Of a DNA stretch of 64,000 nucleotides, positions 53,917 to 64,000 are shown piece by piece. Where the stretch lies: NCBI GenBank assembly GCA_963693365.1, contig CAVNZM010000009.1, forward strand, positions 3,908,231 through 3,972,230, in the 5' to 3' direction. Origin of the DNA: Amoebidium appalachense. Lineage: Eukaryota > Protista > Ichthyosporea. Position 1 is the stretch's first letter. Each line of letters opens with the position of its first letter. The notes below the pieces were generated by a model. That model made no database searches, had not been told where the DNA came from, and was given only the letters and a program-made list of their open reading frames with translations. Both the position numbers and the translations under genes were made by a program.

Positions 53917-55940
53917 ACGTACTTCTTGGTTGGTCTCGGTATTGTCGCTCTGTCGGGCCGACTTGCGCTTTGGGGACGGGGACTCCTCGCCGCGCTTGCC
54001 GGACAACTTGGTCTTCGACTTCTTGACTGTCAGCGCCGCCTCCTCTTCATCACTGGTGGATACCCGCCGCTTAAGTCTCGCCAGCTCCTGCTCCATCTCC
54101 GAAACCTGCCCTTTGAGGTGCTGCACTTCGTCCACAACTTGGGGGTGCTGAATAATGCCAACGGCGCCAGACTCAGCCCCGTATGCGGGCTTCCGATCAA
54201 TCTCTGGGGAAAAAAGAGGGTAGAAATGTCAGCATTTACTGCTGACACTTTTATGTGATAACGGCATTTGAACAACGAAAACAAGGAAGAGTTAACGTGA
54301 AACGAAAAAGAAACATGGATGGTGCAAAAGGGTACACAACAAGATATAAAGGGTATTACAAAAGGTAACAATGGATATCAACAAGGTGTAGATATGTTAT
54401 CAGCATGTTATCCTATGGTGACATTCGTTTACCAATGTAAGCAACGTGGATACACTTTGAATGACAAAAAAAAGAAAGTAATTTATTTCTCACCAGTACT
54501 GCGCAGGTCGGTGGCGAGACGGTAACGGTCAACGTCCAGAACAAACCAATCTTTGCACCCACACAAACGAAGCTTCGGGAAAAGAGAGAGAACGGCAGGA
54601 GAACCATAGTTGGAGGCAACAGCATAGTTTGGTTCCAAGTTAAACCCAAAATGAAGTGTGTGTGGTGTCACGAACACCAGGTCTCCGGGTTTCTGCACAA
54701 TGAACGTGTACTCTATCTTTAACTCGTCGAGCATGTCGAGTGAGAGAGGGATGTGTGTTTTGTGCAGGAGAACACTTGTGCAGTGTGTGTACTTTGTGAG
54801 TTTATGCATCTGCCTAGTGATCTTTAAAAACGCATCCTTTTCACAAATAACCCAAAACTTTGGTCCCCCAGACAAGAGCAAGTTATGTGCACCCAAGCCA
54901 CTGTCTTCTATATGCATGCAAAAAAAGGTTGCAAGCAACTTCCCAGCCTGACCCCGAAACAAAGCATGCATGTACGCCCAAGGGCTGTTAACACCAGGAA
55001 TCTCCTCCCCGTAGAACTGAACACCCAGAGGAGAAATATCACACACTTGATTGAATGAAGGGGGACAAGAGGCCTTAGAAACAGAAACGTCTGCAAGATA
55101 CGCACCACCAGAGTTTTCTACAGCATACTTGTACAAAGCCTTAAAAGCATCCCTACTCATATCTATTGGGAAGTCGTACTTGGAGGTGTATGCTTTCGTT
55201 TGGCAAAAGTCTACGTGTTTGTTTTTCCTTACGACCTCACCCCAACCGTTGGAGGACACGACTGAGTGAACCTTCCCATTTGCAAAAAGAGATGCAGGTA
55301 TGCATGCAAGTGCATCTCCCATGGAAATGGGTTCACAAAACCCACGAATAACACCACCCAACTTCCCATCATTCTCAATTCCATAAAAAAATGAAAGTGC
55401 AGCAGCTGGTGTGAGCATTGTGCCTTGTGAACAGGAAAGTGTGAGGGTAAACTGGGAAGGGGAAAGGGAAAGAAAAGCAAAAACAAAAAACAAACAAATA
55501 AAAAATAAAAAAATGATACTCGAGAATACAAGCTCGAGGGAAAGTGACAACAACGAACCGTGGAACGTCGGCTTATGCGGTGGAACTAACTATGTGGGAG
55601 GGCACAGCACACGGACCAAAAAAAAGGGAAAAGAAAACATACCTTGGGGTCTGGCATTGAACGTTCTGGCGACGTAGGCGCCGAGCAGGCCCTTGCCCCT
55701 TTGGCCGTCACCGTGTCGCTGGCTGAGCTCCTTCTGCGCCTCTAGCGCAGCCTTCCTCGAGGGCGGAAGGGCATCGTCCACGCTCTCGCTCGACGACGAC
55801 TCGGAGTTAGAGCCGAAGGAGGGTTCTCTCTCTTTCCTTTTTTTATCTTTCCCATTCACGAACTTTTGTTTCTTTCTCCCTTGCTTTGCAGCTTCCTCTG
55901 CAGCCGCTGCGGCCTTTGCCTGCTTTTCCTTTTTCCCCAT
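51754..55940 (-). CDS. KDM4/JMJD2-like JmjC histone demethylase with coiled coil and unknown C-terminal domain, 6 exons, ~793 aa
   Basis: Exons 55940-55643, 55423-54494, 54203-53923, 53448-53143, 52781-52413 and 51951-51754 are all GT-AG and in phase. Motifs: IPGVNSPWAY, TFFCMHIED (HxE), GGPKFWVI, LLHK, QKPGDLVFVTPHTLHFGFN (distal H), ASNYG, LCGC. The N-terminus is Lys-rich and NLS-like. Confidence 0.88.
52230..52342. repeat. ~63-bp tandem duplication in JmjC intron 5
   Basis: AGAGTG(G/T)TAAAACTGATGTCATACTA(T/C)GTGCAC(G/A)ATGTT occurs twice. Confidence 0.8.
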
Positions 55941-56658
55941 GCTTGCTGTCACGCGGCGATCGGCCACACAGTTGTAACAAAGCCAACAAAATGATACGTT
56001 TTGGTAACATAGTGTGTCCCAAAAACCGACAAGGAATGTGGTCGCGTGTCCTAGCATTTGTTTGATTGGCTTACGTTTACGGCCACATTCTAGAGGGAGG
56101 CAAACAAAGTGTGTTCTCGTTTGGGTTTAAGAAAAAACAAACAAAACCGTGGTATATCAATCGTTTAGATTACATCACCAGCCATATATGTAAAATATTC
56201 GTATTGAGCTAATGCAATACTGTATTTTTCTAACACATTATAAAAAAAACCAAACCATGAGTAAGCCAAATGACGAGCTGCCCAATGATGGTTTTTACTT
56301 GCTCAACCAATCAGTATCGTCGCATGGGCACAAAACAAACTTGCTCTCCGACGGGCGGCACGGGCCGCTCGGGCCATTAGCTGGAAGAGAAAGAAGGAAG
56401 AAACCGCTATTAATTACATACCTATTCTCAAAATATAATGCCAAAAATATTAAAGTAATAGTCTCTTCAACCATAATGAAGGCTAATTAAGAACATATGA
56501 TTGTTTAACTTCGTCTATTTATGCTGATGGCGGCCGCCGCGATTAATAGCTCATCCTATCAGTATCGCGGCATTGGCAAAAAAAAATTACCAGTGCACGT
56601 GATATTTAAAGAAAAAACCTGATCTATATGAAACATACTTTAATTCTTCATAACTTAA

Positions 56659-56710
<52 letters not shown>

Positions 56711-56840
56711 CATTTAATAACTTGCAACTTGGTGAATTCAAATATGACAACTTTAAAGCAATCGCAAAAGCGAACCTATCACATGGCCCACATGGCAGCA
56801 CAGTATGATCACGCGGGGGGGGGGGGGGGGGGGGGGGGAC

Positions 56841-56941
<101 letters not shown>

Positions 56942-57843
56942 AAGAGAGAGAGAGCTACAGTATATCAGCTGCAGGGTGGCCGCCCATAACGGGGGGGGGG
57001 GGGGGGGGGGGGGGACATCAGTGTATACATAAGTGGTAACCGATTAAATACCTCATGTATCGCCACGTATAAACGTCCTGGTAACATCGTACAAATTTTT
57101 TATTTGTGTGTATTCCGTTGTGGTACCCCGGGATGCCATAACCCCGGGCATGTAGATCGATACTCAAATTTCGTGCTTCCACCCTACCCTCCCCCCCCCC
57201 CCCCCCCCCCCCCCCATTGGGGTATATCATTCCAGACCCAATATACCACACTTTCCCCTCTCCCCCTTGCCTAAAACATGCCTCCCATCCACACACCACC
57301 CAGTAGCCCCCCAACACAACATGCTTATTGGGCGCTTACCTCGCGCATATCACCCCCCCCCCCTACGTGGGTAAATTTGGATATATCTCCTGAACCAAAA
57401 CCGGCAACCCGTTCCGGACGGTTCTGTTGCATCCCCCAGGCGGGCACACGGCTTTGTGTATGCCCACAGCCCCCTCCCCCTTCCCCAACACATGCCTCCC
57501 ATCCACACACCACCCAGACCCCCCCCCCTACACAACGTGTTTATTGGACGCACACACCGCATTTCCGCGTAAAGAAACTCATCTAAATACATATCAAAGT
57601 GAGTACACATCACGATAAAAACGAATACCAAACATATCAAATGTGTCCAATCATAACACGTATATTAATAGACAGGAATGCATATCACGATCTATACTGA
57701 TGTACTCACCGCGTCTATTGGTGAGTCATCCTACTTTGAACCAAAAACAATAATAAAAACAAAGACATTGAATATAGCTAGCCAATCACACTACTCTCAG
57801 AAAAAAAGAAGAGAGCAAACTCAGATAAAATGCAATAAGTCCT

Positions 57844-57977
57844 ATCAGGCAAGGGAGCCAGGTGTGCACAGATCTTCAAATATCCGTGCACACAGCTGAA
57901 ACAAGGATCCCGGGATCAGGCAACGGAGTCAGGTGTGCACAGATCTACAGATATCCGTGCACACAGACACAAGGATC

Positions 57978-57981
<4 letters not shown>
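57844..57981. repeat. 71-bp tandem duplication, each copy with the hairpin GTGTGCACAGAT..ATCCGTGCACAC
   Basis: Copies at 57844-57914 and 57915-57981; hairpins at 57862-57893 and 57933-57964. Confidence 0.85.
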
Positions 57982-58008
<27 letters not shown>

Positions 58009-58172
58009 AGGGGGGGGGGGGGGGGGAAGAGCAGAAGGGAGAGAAGAGGGAGAGCACAAAGAAGAAGAGCAGACACGAATACAAAAAGGCTAAGACACAC
58101 ACACATACTTCAAGACTCTTGCTGTACTACGTAGTAACATATTCCAACAGTGTGTGTGTGTGTGTGTGTTTT

Positions 58173-58203
<31 letters not shown>

Positions 58204-58544
58204 GCTGAGGGGGCCCTGGCGGGGTGGGGGGGGTGTGGGGGTGAAGGTAACTGTACGCCACAGTATGGGGTAAAAAGTATGATATGACGTCATGTCTGTC
58301 AGCGTGTATGGTAGTGTACGGTATGGGTGTGTGTGTGTGCGTGTACGTGGGTGTGTGTATGTGTATCAGTGTCACCGTGAGAGTTCAGGTTCAAGGTACA
58401 TGATACACAGGTTGTCACACAACTTCGTTTGTCCACGCGTACACACTACTTCTCGCATAGACTACTAGTAGTATGCAGCATTATTTTAGTTACTCAAGTA
58501 TGTGTATTAAAGCTTAGCTTAGTAGTATTGCAGGGCAAACAAAG

Positions 58545-62104
<3,560 letters not shown>

Positions 62105-62116
62105 GTGCCCCCCCCC

Positions 62117-62147
<31 letters not shown>

Positions 62148-62456
62148 ACACCCACCCCCACAACACACACACACACACACACTGCACGCACGTCATCCCC
62201 AACCAGCCCGTGTCATTTGTATGTATACTGTAATGGTAACACGTTGTTATACATGGTGATAGCAATGGGAACCATTCTGGTTATCATTTAAGATGTCAGT
62301 GTTAACATAGCATAGCAATGATGTAACAATATGTCATAACAGTGTAACAATATGACAACAGTGTGCACGGTAGTACTCCCCACAAGAATGCACGATGTAA
62401 CCCCGGTTTCCACTAGCCTTCTAATCCACCCACCCACCCACCCACCCACCCACACA

Positions 62457-62561
<105 letters not shown>

Positions 62562-63319
62562 GAGAGAGAGAGAGAGGATTTGGAGGGGGGAATGATTTGG
62601 AGTTTGGGGAATCGTGGGGAATGATTTGGAGGGATGGGGACGAGATGGAAAAAGAAAAGGAGGTTTAGATGCACTTAAATCTGCACGGGGGCCCTGGGGG
62701 GACGTGGTTTATGGGGGGGGAGAGGGAGGGAAAGTGGCTGCGGGGGGGAGGGGGGGGGGGGGGGGGGGGGGGAGAGGGGAGAAAAGGGAAGGCAAGGGAA
62801 TTATGGGGGTTGGTATGGAGGGGTGGGGATGAGTTGGGAGAGTAATAGGAGGTATGTATGCACCTAAATCTGCACGGGGGGTAATGGGGGGACGTGATTT
62901 AAGGGGGGGAGGGGGAGGGAAAGTGGCCGGGGGGGGGGAGGGGGGGGGGGGAAAGTGGCCGGAGAGGGGGGGGGGGGGGGGGGTGGGGAGGGAGGGAAGG
63001 AGGGAAGGAGATTTATGCGGCAATCTTTTTATCTTTTAAGCACGGGAGGGAGGTGGGCGGAATGAAGGGGAACCGAACTGGGGAAGGGGGAGGGGTGGGG
63101 AATTTAACAGGAAGTGGAGATAGACTTATTTCTACACGGGGGATGAGGGGGGAACGTGCATTTTTAGGGCGGGGGGGGGGGGGGGGGGGGGGAGGGGGGG
63201 GGGGGGAAGATTTATGCAGCAATGTTTTATAGTCGTTTAAGCACCGAAGGGAGGTGGGGAATGAAGGGAAACCGAACTGGGGAAGGGGAAGGGGTGGATC
63301 ATAACAGAGGAGGTAGGAG

Positions 63320-63975
<656 letters not shown>

Positions 63976-64000
63976 GCACACACGTTATCCCCAACCAGCC

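Overview
Eukaryotic genomic DNA: intron-rich, with long poly-G/poly-C tracts and (CA)n/(GA)n microsatellites that make most ORF-track entries spurious. The style suggests a unicellular opisthokont such as an ichthyosporean (inference only). Splicing the non-repetitive islands by hand gives three host genes: a complete 8-exon polyprenol reductase SRD5A3/DFG10 (minus, 3434-12335), a 5-exon hypothetical gene (plus, 25040-30874) and an apparently truncated GH3 glycosidase (minus, 33195-39364). The rest is mobile DNA. (i) A ~1540-aa Mutator-like DDE transposase with an intact WRN-type DEDDy 3'-5' exonuclease inserted inside its catalytic core (15868-23794). (ii) A RAG1/Transib-like transposase (42902-46377). 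(iii) A non-autonomous CMC-type TIR element (46845-48503). (iv) A nested stack: a CMC-like element end, then the 3' end of an Ngaro-type tyrosine-recombinase retroelement, then a large Plavaka element (from ~50660 past the window end) carrying a divergently oriented KDM4-like JmjC histone demethylase gene. Several MITEs and a foldback element lie in introns. Other notable points are frequent GC-AG introns and a hairpin/promoter module repeated across different elements. All exon structures are manual predictions without transcript evidence.
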